A stretch of DNA of 63,843 bases, filler included. It is 4 parts of 4 records of this genome, joined end to end, with 100 filler letters (N's around TTAATTAATTAA, not from the genome) between each part and the next. Parts side by side here need not be neighbours in the genome. Positions count along the whole stretch, not along the records: positions 40,612 to 56,758 come from SRR20825019_2388; positions 56,859 to 63,843 come from SRR20825019_2418; 2 more parts are not named here. One strand, written 5' to 3'. Below are positions 54,929-63,843 of the stretch, one piece after another (within the stretch, counting starts at the first letter, position 1; each line of letters starts with the position of its first letter). Below the pieces are notes generated by a model that was not told where the DNA came from, did no database searches, and saw nothing but the letters and a program-made list of their open reading frames with translations. Both the position numbers and the translations under genes were made by a program.

Positions 54929-56758
54929 ATGGATACAGAAAAATTTACTTATAGCGCAAAAAAATCATTAAGTAGTGCTCAAGTGAGGGCGATTGAGCTT
55001 GAGCATCAACAAGTAATGCCTGTCCATGTATTATATGGTATTATAAAAGAAGATAGCGGATTTATTAAAAATATAATTGATTCTTGCGGAGGAAGTTTTG
55101 CAACTATTAGGGTTTTGTCTGAAGAGGAGATAGATAAGATCCCTAAAGTAAAATCTAGTCAATCAAGTGATGTTTATTTCTCTAGTGAAACTATTAGAAT
55201 TCTAGCAGCTGCAGAAAGTAAAGCTACAAGTTTTGGAGATAGCTTTATTTCAGTTGAGAGTATTCTTGAATGTCTTTTTGAAAAAGATAAAATAGTTAGT
55301 AATATATTTGCAAAGTCTGGAATTTCAAAAAAAGATTTAGTAAAAAAAATACTAGAAGTAAGAAATGGTAAGAAAGTTAATAATGAACATGCTGAACAAA
55401 ATTATGAATCTTTAAAAAAATATGGAAGAGATGTTACTGAGCTTGCATTTCAAGGAAAGATAGATCCTATTATAGGAAGGGATGAGGAAATTAGAAGAGC
55501 TATACAAGTTTTATCAAGAAGAACTAAAAATAACCCTGTTTTAATAGGAGAGCCAGGAGTTGGTAAAACTGCAATAGTTGAGGGTTTAGCCCAAAGAATT
55601 ATAGATAAAGATGTACCTGAATCTTTACTAGGCCTTAAGCTTATAGAACTTGATATGGGAGCTTTGGTTGCAGGAGCTAAGTATAGGGGGCAATTTGAAG
55701 AAAGATTAAAATCAGTACTAAATGAAATACAAGAATCAAAAGTTATATTATTTATTGATGAGCTTCATTTAGTTATTGGAGCTGGAAAAACTGAAGGTGC
55801 TATGGATGCGTCTAACTTATTAAAGCCATTGCTTGCAAGAGGACAATTACATTGTATAGGTGCAACAACATCAGATGAATATAGAAAATATATAGAGTCA
55901 GATGCTGCTCTAGCTAGAAGATTTCAACCGGTATATGTAGGGCAACCTAGTGTTGAAGATACGGTTACAATATTAAGGGGGATAAAAGATAAATATGAAA
56001 TTCATCATGGAATAAGAATTTCAGATGGAGCTATTATTGCAGCAGCTAAGTTATCTGATAGATATATAACAGATAGATTTCTTCCAGATAAAGCTATAGA
56101 TTTACTAGATGAAGCTTCAAGTAGGCTTAAAATATCAATTTCAAGTAGGCCAGAAGATATAGATGAGTTAGAAAGGAAAATTATTAGAATAAAAATAGAG
56201 CTTGCTGCTCTTGAAAAAGAGCATTCTTCTCATGAAAAAGTAAATTCATTAAATAATCAACTAAAAAAGCTTGAGTTAAAATCAGCATCATTAAATAAAA
56301 AATGGGATTCAGAAAAAAATAAATTATCAGAAATTAGAAATACTAAGGAAGAGCTTGAGGATGCTAAAGTAAGACTTGAAATGGCTGAGAGAAATTTTGA
56401 TTTAGAAAGAGCAGGAGAGCTGAGATATGGGCTGATACCTGAACTTACAAGTAAACTTGAACATCTTTCTAAGAATAAATCTGGTTTAATAAGGGAGGTA
56501 GTGCAAGAGAGTGATATAGCAATTATAGTAGCTAGAATTACAGGGATTCCTGTTGAGCAAATGCTAAAAAATGAGCGGGAGAAGCTGATTAAAATGGAAT
56601 CTGAGCTTTCAAAAAAGGTTGTAGGTCAAGAAAAAGCAATATCAGCTATTAGTAATGCAGTAAGAAGAGCTAGAACAGGAATGCAGTCATCAGATAGACC
56701 TCTTGGTAGTTTTTTATTTTTAGGTCCTACTGGTGTTGGTAAAACTGAGCTTGCTAAA
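54929..56758 (+). CDS. clpB: Chaperone ClpB, 3'-truncated by contig end
   Basis: [38 protein letters not shown]-domain [16 protein letters not shown] and second Walker [10 protein letters not shown]. Confidence 0.97.
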
Positions 56759-56858
56759 NNNNNNNNNNNNNNNNNNNNNNNNNNNNNNNNNNNNNNNNNN
56801 NNTTAATTAATTAANNNNNNNNNNNNNNNNNNNNNNNNNNNNNNNNNNNNNNNNNNNN
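56759..56858. other. Artificial contig linker
   Basis: N44-TTAATTAATTAA-N44. Confidence 0.99.
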
Positions 56859-57174
56859 AGCAGTACCGGAAGGAGAGGATGCAACAGCAACAAGGGAATA
56901 GGGCTAGGATGCCGATAAGCATGGGTAGAATCCTCCAATGAATACCGTTCTTAATCGCATACTCCCCAGCCTCATCTCCGGAGGAGGGGCAGATGATCTC
57001 ATTAGATATGTTAGCAGAGGTCCAGTGAGTTGTACATGGGTTGTCGGCCGCTGTAAAGTGGGCCTTAAGGGTAAATACATCGCCCCCTGAAACAGAAAGG
57101 GCATTGGAGGATGTCACAACCAACAATAACACTACCACTACGGATGATAGTATCATTGTAGAAGAAGTCGACAT
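56859..57174 (-). CDS. Membrane protein N-terminus (signal peptide, TM helix, Cys cluster), truncated
   Basis: Hydrophobic signal peptide, then ILPMLIGILALFPCCCC. Runs into the linker. Confidence 0.6.
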
Positions 57175-57544
57175 GATCAGATATTATTAATTATTTTTGC
57201 GTTGTGAAGTAAAAATATTTTGCAATATTTTTTGTATTTTTGTTGAAGGGTTTGTTGTGTTGGAAGTTGTGATATACTGTTGTGTTTGCTACTAACAGGC
57301 ACAGGAGAGAGTATATTGTTTGCTTCGTTAAAGTAAACGCATTAAGAGTGAAAGGAAGGTTAAAACACATTAAAGCAGCGACCATCAATACTATAATTAT
57401 TACGCATGTAGTTTGGTCCATAATTTATTAATTACTTCCACATAGTGGTGGATACTTCTATGGTTCCTTAAATAATAAACGTGTGTTGCATATTTACTAC
57501 TCCCACACCAAGCCCCCCACATTATTCAATCAATGGTTCCCTCC

Positions 57545-59719
57545 CTACTTCCACCACTTCTTCCTAGGTACGAGTGCGAATGACACCGTTTGCTTTCTAA
57601 ACAACGATCTCACCTCCACCTCGGGAATAATCATCCTTTGCAGCAGTACCGATAGTGCAAAGAGGGTGTCCTCCATCGACAGGTCATCTTGAAGAATAAT
57701 AGAGGAGGACGAGGAGGAGGGGTTGTTTGATGCATCCCGATTCTTATTATTATTTACTGCACCTCCTCCTGGGGTCACATCTTCAGATCGCACATCGGGA
57801 TACGATGCCTTGTTGCTGCTTGTGGAGCCTACAAAGAGATCCTCCGACTGAACCGTCTTTGTGGTACGCTTAGTAGGGGGTGTAGCTGTGGAGGAGTCTG
57901 TGGATGCGTCCTCATTATTGTTGGCAACATCCATGGAGATGGCACAACAAGAATGTAACTCCCTAGTCCGGGCCATAATCCTCTTCTCCAGCACTGTCTG
58001 TTGATCCAACTTCGGGGCAGCTCCAGAGTTGAAGGACACATTAGCTGGGGCGACAGCAGTGGGGGAGGTAAGCTTGTGGGCGTAGAAGTCAATGTTAACT
58101 TCGGGGGGCTGTAGTGCTTGATCCACGAGTTCCTCGTAGTTGCGGGCAGTGCATAGTACAGTGGGAGCAGCAATGCCGGCCTCCTTGAAGATGTGTTGGC
58201 CACATAGCGCCATCGTATCAATGTAAGGAATAGTAGTAGTGCGAGGGGATGCTGGTGAGGATGGTGATCCGATGAACCTGGGGTAGAGGCCCATCGCTCC
58301 CTGTGCAGCAACCTGTGCCAACTCCACCTCCTGTACTTTGGTACAAGAGGTGATGATGCTGCTATCAGCAATGACCGTCCAAGACCCCTCCGCTAGCTTT
58401 GGTTTCACTATGTACCCCTTAATGGAGGCCGTAGTCGATGATGAAGAGGATAGCTCCTCCTCCTCCATACCATAGCCCATTACAGTACGTCTCACCTGCT
58501 CTAGATCAATATTACACACCTCCTGTACTTCACCCCCACCAGTACTGGCACCAGTTATCAGGGAGTGTGCAAATAGACGCATCGCGTCGCACTGGGATAC
58601 ATGTAGGGGTAGCACCTCTAAGGCCAGTGTAAGGAGGGGTAGGATGGTTGGTGGGATGTCGTCGTTGTCACTCTCAAGGGGGGTTCCTCCTTCTATTGTC
58701 GATGATGTAGATGTGGCATTACCCGCGGTCGCAGCATCAGATGATGAAGAGGTAGTGGTGGGGGTGGTTTTCATCATCCTTTGGATGTATCGATACACAG
58801 CAGGGTACCCCTCCATAATCTCGGTAGCAGGAGGATCATCCATTAGGAAGTACGCCTCGAAGACAGATCCGAATGCAATATCCGCAATAGTAGGATGGGT
58901 GGTGTCAAGGAGGTAATAGCACGTACCTAGCCCACGCTTAGCCTCCATGGCGGTGCAGTGTTGCTCCAACGCATTACACATACGCCAGAAGTGATTCATC
59001 ATGTAGGGCTCCAATTCCTCCCCTAACCCAATCTCTCGTAACGTCATTCTCATCAAATCTCGAACTTTATTTCTCAAGACTGATAATAGTCCGGGGATCA
59101 CTGCAGTTGCCTTGGAGAGGAATTGAATATAGCCCTCCACTACATTGCTACCACCCCCATGGATCCACCTAAACATGGACCCAATCTGGCCAAGATTGGT
59201 AGCCCCGTATAACATCAATGACCATGCTACTAGGTTCTTCTTGGGGTACTTAAAGGGGTCGATAAGAACCGATGGATTGCAACAGGCATCCGCTACCAGC
59301 TTATCTGTGTCTTGCAGTGCTGATGCTGAATCGGATGTAGTGTTAGCACCGTCAGAGATAGAGGTGGTGATATTGGGAGGTGCAGCTCCGTCCTCAAAGG
59401 TCTCCAGTAGTTGGTGGAACAGTGGGATAGGGACAGCTGAGTCTAGTCGGTTCTTGGTACTCAGAAGGTGGAAGGGGTTCCTCCACGAGGGGGTAGTAGT
59501 AGGAATAGAGGAGGAGGGGGAGGATGATGATGTCGACATGGACTTTGTGGTCAGATCAGCGAGTGCACAGAAGCTGGAGGGAGCCCCTCGATAAACACGG
59601 TGAAGGCCAGCATTAAAGGCTGACTTACTGTGTAGTTTATAGGGTAGATTCTTGTGTCGCAGGAGGTGAACCTCTTGGTGAAAAGTAAGGGTGTATGGAC
59701 TCCCAAATACCCGATTCAT
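57545..59719 (-). CDS. Glutathione S-transferase-like protein with low-complexity insertions
   Basis: GST-N-like start FGSPY...LLRHKNLPY and GST-C motif ALEQH...YLL...PTIADIAFG...P.VYRYIQRM. Confidence 0.6.
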   Translation of the reverse strand: MNRVFGSPYTLTFHQEVHLLRHKNLPYKLHSKSAFNAGLHRVYRGAPSSFCALADLTTKSMSTSSSSPSSSIPTTTPSWRNPFHLLSTKNRLDSAVPIPLFHQLLETFEDGAAPPNITTSISDGANTTSDSASALQDTDKLVADACCNPSVLIDPFKYPKKNLVAWSLMLYGATNLGQIGSMFRWIHGGGSNVVEGYIQFLSKATAVIPGLLSVLRNKVRDLMRMTLREIGLGEELEPYMMNHFWRMCNALEQHCTAMEAKRGLGTCYYLLDTTHPTIADIAFGSVFEAYFLMDDPPATEIMEGYPAVYRYIQRMMKTTPTTTSSSSDAATAGNATSTSSTIEGGTPLESDNDDIPPTILPLLTLALEVLPLHVSQCDAMRLFAHSLITGASTGGGEVQEVCNIDLEQVRRTVMGYGMEEEELSSSSSTTASIKGYIVKPKLAEGSWTVIADSSIITSCTKVQEVELAQVAAQGAMGLYPRFIGSPSSPASPRTTTIPYIDTMALCGQHIFKEAGIAAPTVLCTARNYEELVDQALQPPEVNIDFYAHKLTSPTAVAPANVSFNSGAAPKLDQQTVLEKRIMARTRELHSCCAISMDVANNNEDASTDSSTATPPTKRTTKTVQSEDLFVGSTSSNKASYPDVRSEDVTPGGGAVNNNKNRDASNNPSSSSSSIILQDDLSMEDTLFALSVLLQRMIIPEVEVRSLFRKQTVSFALVPRKKWWK

Positions 59720-59895
59720 TTCAAGCTAAAATTTTAAAAATAGATAATAGCCTTTGTTTGAAAATAATGATGGGAGGGGGGGAAGTTTGGAGAATGTGTC
59801 AAAAACAAGTCAGGATAGTTCATGATTTTTCATTCACTACAGGTTGATAAATTGTGGATAATAATATTTGACTACTTTGTTTTTGAGATTTGTGG

Positions 59896-60876
59896 CTATT
59901 GCTCAGCAGCTCTCCTAATGCGCTCCTTGTGGTCCTTTTGGGCCTGTCCCGACTTGACATAGTTGTTGAACTCGCTCCTCTCCGCGTACGCCTCCTCCTC
60001 CCTTAACCAATTGAGATTTCCTCTGGTCGTCTCCTTATCGCGGGGGTTGTACACAGCATTACCAAACTGCCACTCGCTGTGATGGAGACGCTCCCATTCT
60101 ACTATCTGCTCGGAGCGGGTCTCCTGAGGGAGGGCATGGTGGAAACCAAGGGAGGGCTGCACAGGCTGGGCTGCCAGTACATCACGAACGGCATCGGTGA
60201 CGGTGAAATCAGCATCAGGCTTCCGGGCCGAGATGACATGTGCCTTGATGTAACCGATAATGTTCTCTACAGTCTTGAGCTCCCTGCGATCCTCAGAGGT
60301 GGGGGTAAGACGGAAGTCAGTCTCGACAACCTGGTCCAGGACACGTTCCCTCATAGTCTCCTCCTCAAAGACGAAATATTCAATAATACGACGCTCAGGC
60401 AGCTCCTCCAAGGGCTTACCCTCGAAGTTTAGCTTTCGTAGCTCGTACCCATCCCTCTGGGTCTCCTCATGGATAATAAGAGTAAGGCGTGATAGGATCT
60501 GCTTCTCTAGCTCAGCATCGGTTAGGGAGGTAACAGCAGCAGTGAACTCCTCATCCCAGGCATCGTTGGGGATGCGGCCCATGGGGGTGGGGGCCTCGTA
60601 TCCAGGGGGGGCCACATTGGGAAGGAAGGGATATTGAGTGAACCACCACTTCCAGGCATCCGCACTGGTACCCTTGGTGTTAGTAACACCCTCGGGGTTA
60701 AAACGAGAGGGCCTGGGCTTGGGACGTCCAGGGACCTTACTGTGGGCACTCTTGTTTCCAGAGGCCTGTGCGGCCCAAAGGTTCATCTCACGGTACCTAT
60801 GAACGGCAGTGTTAACTGCACGGTTCTCGTAAGTCCTGTGGTTAGAGATCAAACTAATTGGGGATTTACGCATCAT
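59896..60876 (-). CDS. Probable mitochondrial protein with acyl-carrier-protein-like segment
   Basis: Presequence-like start MMRKSPISL (ATG 60876 preferred). VVETDFRL.P..ED...LKTVENII.YI resembles ACP helices II-IV. Confidence 0.55.
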   Translation of the reverse strand: MMRKSPISLISNHRTYENRAVNTAVHRYREMNLWAAQASGNKSAHSKVPGRPKPRPSRFNPEGVTNTKGTSADAWKWWFTQYPFLPNVAPPGYEAPTPMGRIPNDAWDEEFTAAVTSLTDAELEKQILSRLTLIIHEETQRDGYELRKLNFEGKPLEELPERRIIEYFVFEEETMRERVLDQVVETDFRLTPTSEDRRELKTVENIIGYIKAHVISARKPDADFTVTDAVRDVLAAQPVQPSLGFHHALPQETRSEQIVEWERLHHSEWQFGNAVYNPRDKETTRGNLNWLREEEAYAERSEFNNYVKSGQAQKDHKERIRRAAEQ

Positions 60877-61180
60877 TTTCCTAAAATTATAACAGCCTAT
60901 ACAAAAGTGGAAACGAGGAGGGGATGCGTAAAGATTGAAACAGGCAAAGCCACATGCAATTCGCACATAAATGACAAAGACAACTCACATTTAGATATGA
61001 AAACGGTTTAAATTTCTCTTTTAAATCTTTTAAAATATAAAGTCCCTCACTTACTTTTGTTAGAGGCGACAACGACGACCACGACGGGTCAACAATTGAG
61101 AGAGAATGGCCTCAAATACGCAACTTCCCGTCTCCACCTTCTCACTACCATTTCCAACCAACCAACCACAGTGACTGATT

Positions 61181-63019
61181 TTAGAGGACGAGTCCAAGCT
61201 CTCCAACAATCTGTTGAGCATCCTTCTTCTTTGCGTTCTCGTCCATCCACTTCTTGACAGCCTCCTTATCAAAGAGCCCCTGGGAGATGAGGGTAGTGAC
61301 GAAGTCGGCAAGGACGAGCATCATGAGGGGGGTCTGCTTCGACTTGAGGAGACCGTTTAGGATGTAGGTAGTGGCAGTTGGGAACTCGGCAAGCTGGTCC
61401 TTGGGGAGGGAGGTAAGGAACTTAGTCTCGAAGATCTTGAGGATGGCCTCACTGTGCTCCTCAGCATCGCAACTGTCCTCGACACAAACGGTGTGGAGGT
61501 AGTCCACGGCCTTGATGAAGACATCACGGATGGAATCCTTGGCCTTGAAGTTCTGATGCGCCAGCTCGAAGAAACGGTCGTAGAAGAGGGGGCAATCGCT
61601 GCTGTATCCGTCAACGAAGGAGAAGCACAGGGTCCAAGCGAAGGCCTTATTCCTGTCGGGTCCACTGAATTGGGATGTAACAAGGGCGAACTCGTTACGC
61701 TGCTGCTCGTTGCGGCTCATGCAGCACTCCTTGATGACGGCAAAGGCGGCGCATTGACGATTAATAATACCCTCGTGCTCCTCAGACATCTTGCTGAAAG
61801 ATATGATGACGGCGGCCCAGTCGGGGTTCTCCTTACGTAGTTCAGCAGCGACCTCGCTGACGACCTTAGCCTCAGCGGGTCCGTCGAAGGAGGTAGGAGG
61901 CTGCACTTCCTTGATCCACTTAATATCGTTGGCAGCAGGCTTCTGGACGGTGGGGGATGATGGGGCAGATGGGACAGGGCTCTCCTTTGGCCTCTCCTTG
62001 GCGCGCTCCTCCTCGCGGATAGCCTTGGTCATCTTCTGGATGGTGTTCTCGCGCACGAACTTAACCTTCTGTTGATCGATCAAGTTGGCGATGAGGAAGT
62101 AGACACGGGGGCTAACCTTGGCGGGCTTCTTCTTCAGGCCTTGCTCGACCATGGTGGACATTCTCTTAAGGAACTCGTTAAGAGTGGAGAGGGACTCGCC
62201 GACGTGCTTATCTCCGGTGCCCATCTCGTGGTTCTTTACTAGGGTTCCGGCGCAGGGTACGGCCAGCTTCTCAATACCCTCGAGGTAGAAGTCGTTCTGC
62301 TCATCGACAGGGGAGGCGTTGGGGGCGAGCTCGCCGACGATGCTCTTAAAGATCTTCCAGCTGAGAGTTCCCTGGGAGAGGAGGTTTCCGACGAACATCA
62401 AGATGTCCATGAAGCGATGCTGGAGGTTAATGTACTCCTCATTATCAGAAAGGTCGTTCTTCTCCTTGAACTCGTTATCGAACTTGCCCTTGGCAATGTT
62501 GAATTCGTTTTGAGCCTTTTGGATAAGGGCGGTACGTAGGTTAGGACCAGAGGCATCAATGAGTCCCTGAAGTTTCCTCTCACGCTCCACCATGAAGAGC
62601 TGCTGGAAGAAGATGGCGTAGAGCTCAAGGAAGAGCTTCTCCTCGAGGGCCTTATCGAAGACGACCTCGACGCAATCCGAGATGTGGTGGTGCTCAAGGG
62701 CACCGATCTCAATCATCTCCTTGAAAAGTTCATCGCGGTTACGAATCGTCAAACGGTTCATAATGCTACGAGCGTTACGGCGGAACTTCTCCTGGTCGGA
62801 CAGGGCAGCCTTGTTGACAATTGTGAAGGCGTTCTCGGACTGCTGGAGGCCAGAGTTCGATTGCAGGTTGCTGCCGATGAGCTCAGAGGCAGAGCGGCCG
62901 GCCTTGCTGAGGATGGTGTCGACGTTGAAGCCCTCGCAGGGGAGCTCGAGGTAGGTATCGCGGTAGCTGAGCATCTCATCCACGGTCAGAAGTGGAACAC
63001 TGGCACGAAGAGCAGACAT
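61181..63019 (-). CDS. Kinetoplastid eIF4G (EIF4G4/EIF4G3-like, MIF4G)
   Basis: N-terminal LTVDEMLSYRDTY resembles my recollection of the trypanosomatid EIF4G4 start. MIF4G motifs RSIMNRLT, VFDKALEE..F..LYA, LRTALIQKAQNEF, FVGNL and SPRVYFLI.NL. Confidence 0.8.
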   Translation of the reverse strand: MSALRASVPLLTVDEMLSYRDTYLELPCEGFNVDTILSKAGRSASELIGSNLQSNSGLQQSENAFTIVNKAALSDQEKFRRNARSIMNRLTIRNRDELFKEMIEIGALEHHHISDCVEVVFDKALEEKLFLELYAIFFQQLFMVERERKLQGLIDASGPNLRTALIQKAQNEFNIAKGKFDNEFKEKNDLSDNEEYINLQHRFMDILMFVGNLLSQGTLSWKIFKSIVGELAPNASPVDEQNDFYLEGIEKLAVPCAGTLVKNHEMGTGDKHVGESLSTLNEFLKRMSTMVEQGLKKKPAKVSPRVYFLIANLIDQQKVKFVRENTIQKMTKAIREEERAKERPKESPVPSAPSSPTVQKPAANDIKWIKEVQPPTSFDGPAEAKVVSEVAAELRKENPDWAAVIISFSKMSEEHEGIINRQCAAFAVIKECCMSRNEQQRNEFALVTSQFSGPDRNKAFAWTLCFSFVDGYSSDCPLFYDRFFELAHQNFKAKDSIRDVFIKAVDYLHTVCVEDSCDAEEHSEAILKIFETKFLTSLPKDQLAEFPTATTYILNGLLKSKQTPLMMLVLADFVTTLISQGLFDKEAVKKWMDENAKKKDAQQIVGELGLVL

Positions 63020-63089
63020 TAGAATGTTGGGTGGGTGGTGGGGATATATTCTCTATTGCGTGAAAATATGTGAATTTCAACCTTGAAGG

Positions 63090-63140
63090 TGGTTATCCTT
63101 CTTTTTTATATGCGAAAGTAGAAAGTAGATAGGGAAGATA
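63090..63140 (-). promoter_or_regulatory. Putative trans-splice polypyrimidine tract/AG upstream of the eIF4G gene
   Basis: Minus strand TATCTTCCCTATCTACTTTCTACTTTCGCATATAAAAAAAG. Confidence 0.45.
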
Positions 63141-63298
63141 GAAATAATGAACTTGCAAACACAGTACATGAATTATAGTGAACTGACACACATTCATACA
63201 GGTATAAGTATTAACAATTTTGGAATGGAAAGGTTACAGTACATTTTGTGTGTGAGATTTCACTTCTGTTGTTTGTATTTGATGTGTATTTGAACATC

Positions 63299-63843
63299 TT
63301 ACAGTTCATCTAAGAATCCGTCATCGTCGCTGATGTCGAGATCCAGGGACGCCTCATCCTCATCTTTTTCTAGCTGGGCAAGAATATCATCGGAGTCATC
63401 CAGTGTAGCCATAGGAGCTGCACCTTGGGGAGCGACTGGTAAGACCTGCCTTTTGGGGGACTCTAGTCCGGAAACCGAACCAAAATCCAAGGAGGACTCC
63501 TCCAGTGCAGGAGCTGGCTGGGGGGAAGAGGTGGCGTCGGTGGGAGGGAGGGCACTGGCCTGTGAGTTAGAGAAGTCAAGATCAAGATCGTCCTCATCGT
63601 CATCATCATCCCCTCCATCCAGGTGATTCGCAGCAGAGCCCTCACTCAGTAGCTTACTCATATCTAAACCAGTTGTGGTACTCTCAGTCTTCTTTGAATC
63701 AATAAAGTCGAGATCGAGATCATCCTCAGACGGCCTGTCATCTAACATAGATGCATCATCTTCCTTATTGTCCAGATTGTTTGCGGGCACCACGGTCTTT
63801 GGCACCTTCGAGCCACTATCATCAAGTACGCTGGATAAAGCAA
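63299..63843 (-). CDS. Acidic C-terminal part of a hypothetical protein, 5'-truncated by window end
   Basis: Frame appears open from the window edge to TAA 63299. Repeated DDLDLDF-like acidic motifs. Confidence 0.65.
   Translation of the reverse strand, partial: ALSSVLDDSGSKVPKTVVPANNLDNKEDDASMLDDRPSEDDLDLDFIDSKKTESTTTGLDMSKLLSEGSAANHLDGGDDDDDEDDLDLDFSNSQASALPPTDATSSPQPAPALEESSLDFGSVSGLESPKRQVLPVAPQGAAPMATLDDSDDILAQLEKDEDEASLDLDISDDDGFLDEL

Noticed and set aside
40612-56758. Bacterial DNA inserted into a kinetoplastid chromosome
   Set aside because: Both junctions are artificial linkers, so there is no evidence of physical continuity.
21326-63019. Two eIF4G genes in one window as a linked system
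   Set aside because: They are on different contigs from different organisms.
1-63843. CRISPR arrays, rRNA, transposases, snoRNA or spliced-leader RNA genes
   Set aside because: None recognised by eye. Small RNAs cannot be excluded without an Infernal/Rfam scan.

Overview
The window is not one locus. It is four contigs joined by artificial 100-nt linkers (N44-TTAATTAATTAA-N44 at 22818-22917, 40512-40611 and 56759-56858), and they come from at least three organisms. Contig 1 (1-22817) is a GC-rich eukaryote with many ~45-65 nt GT-AG introns. Its eight genes sit in strictly alternating divergent pairs: a TPR protein, a SAM methyltransferase, a tubulin polyglutamylase (TTLL) with an N-terminal two-component receiver (REC)-like domain, an ABCG half-transporter, a secreted CAP/SCP + RlpA-like fusion, two hypotheticals and eIF4G. 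Contigs 2 (22918-40511) and 4 (56859-63843) look kinetoplastid: intronless, all genes on one strand, pyrimidine-tract/AG trans-splice signals. They encode ribokinase, ATG7, a giant cNMP-binding-domain protein, a GST-like protein, an ACP-like protein and an EIF4G4-like protein. Contig 3 (40612-56758) is a very AT-rich Rickettsiaceae-like bacterium: mnmA, two amino-acid transporters, hisS, tRNA-Gly, an AAA-ATPase, a tlc nucleotide translocase, icd, murA, ftsZ, a BON protein and clpB. The strongest novelty candidates are the REC-TTLL fusion (possible phosphorelay control of tubulin glutamylation) and the eukaryotic CAP-RlpA fusion (possible secreted anti-peptidoglycan protein). All family assignments are from motif recognition by eye; no database searches were run.
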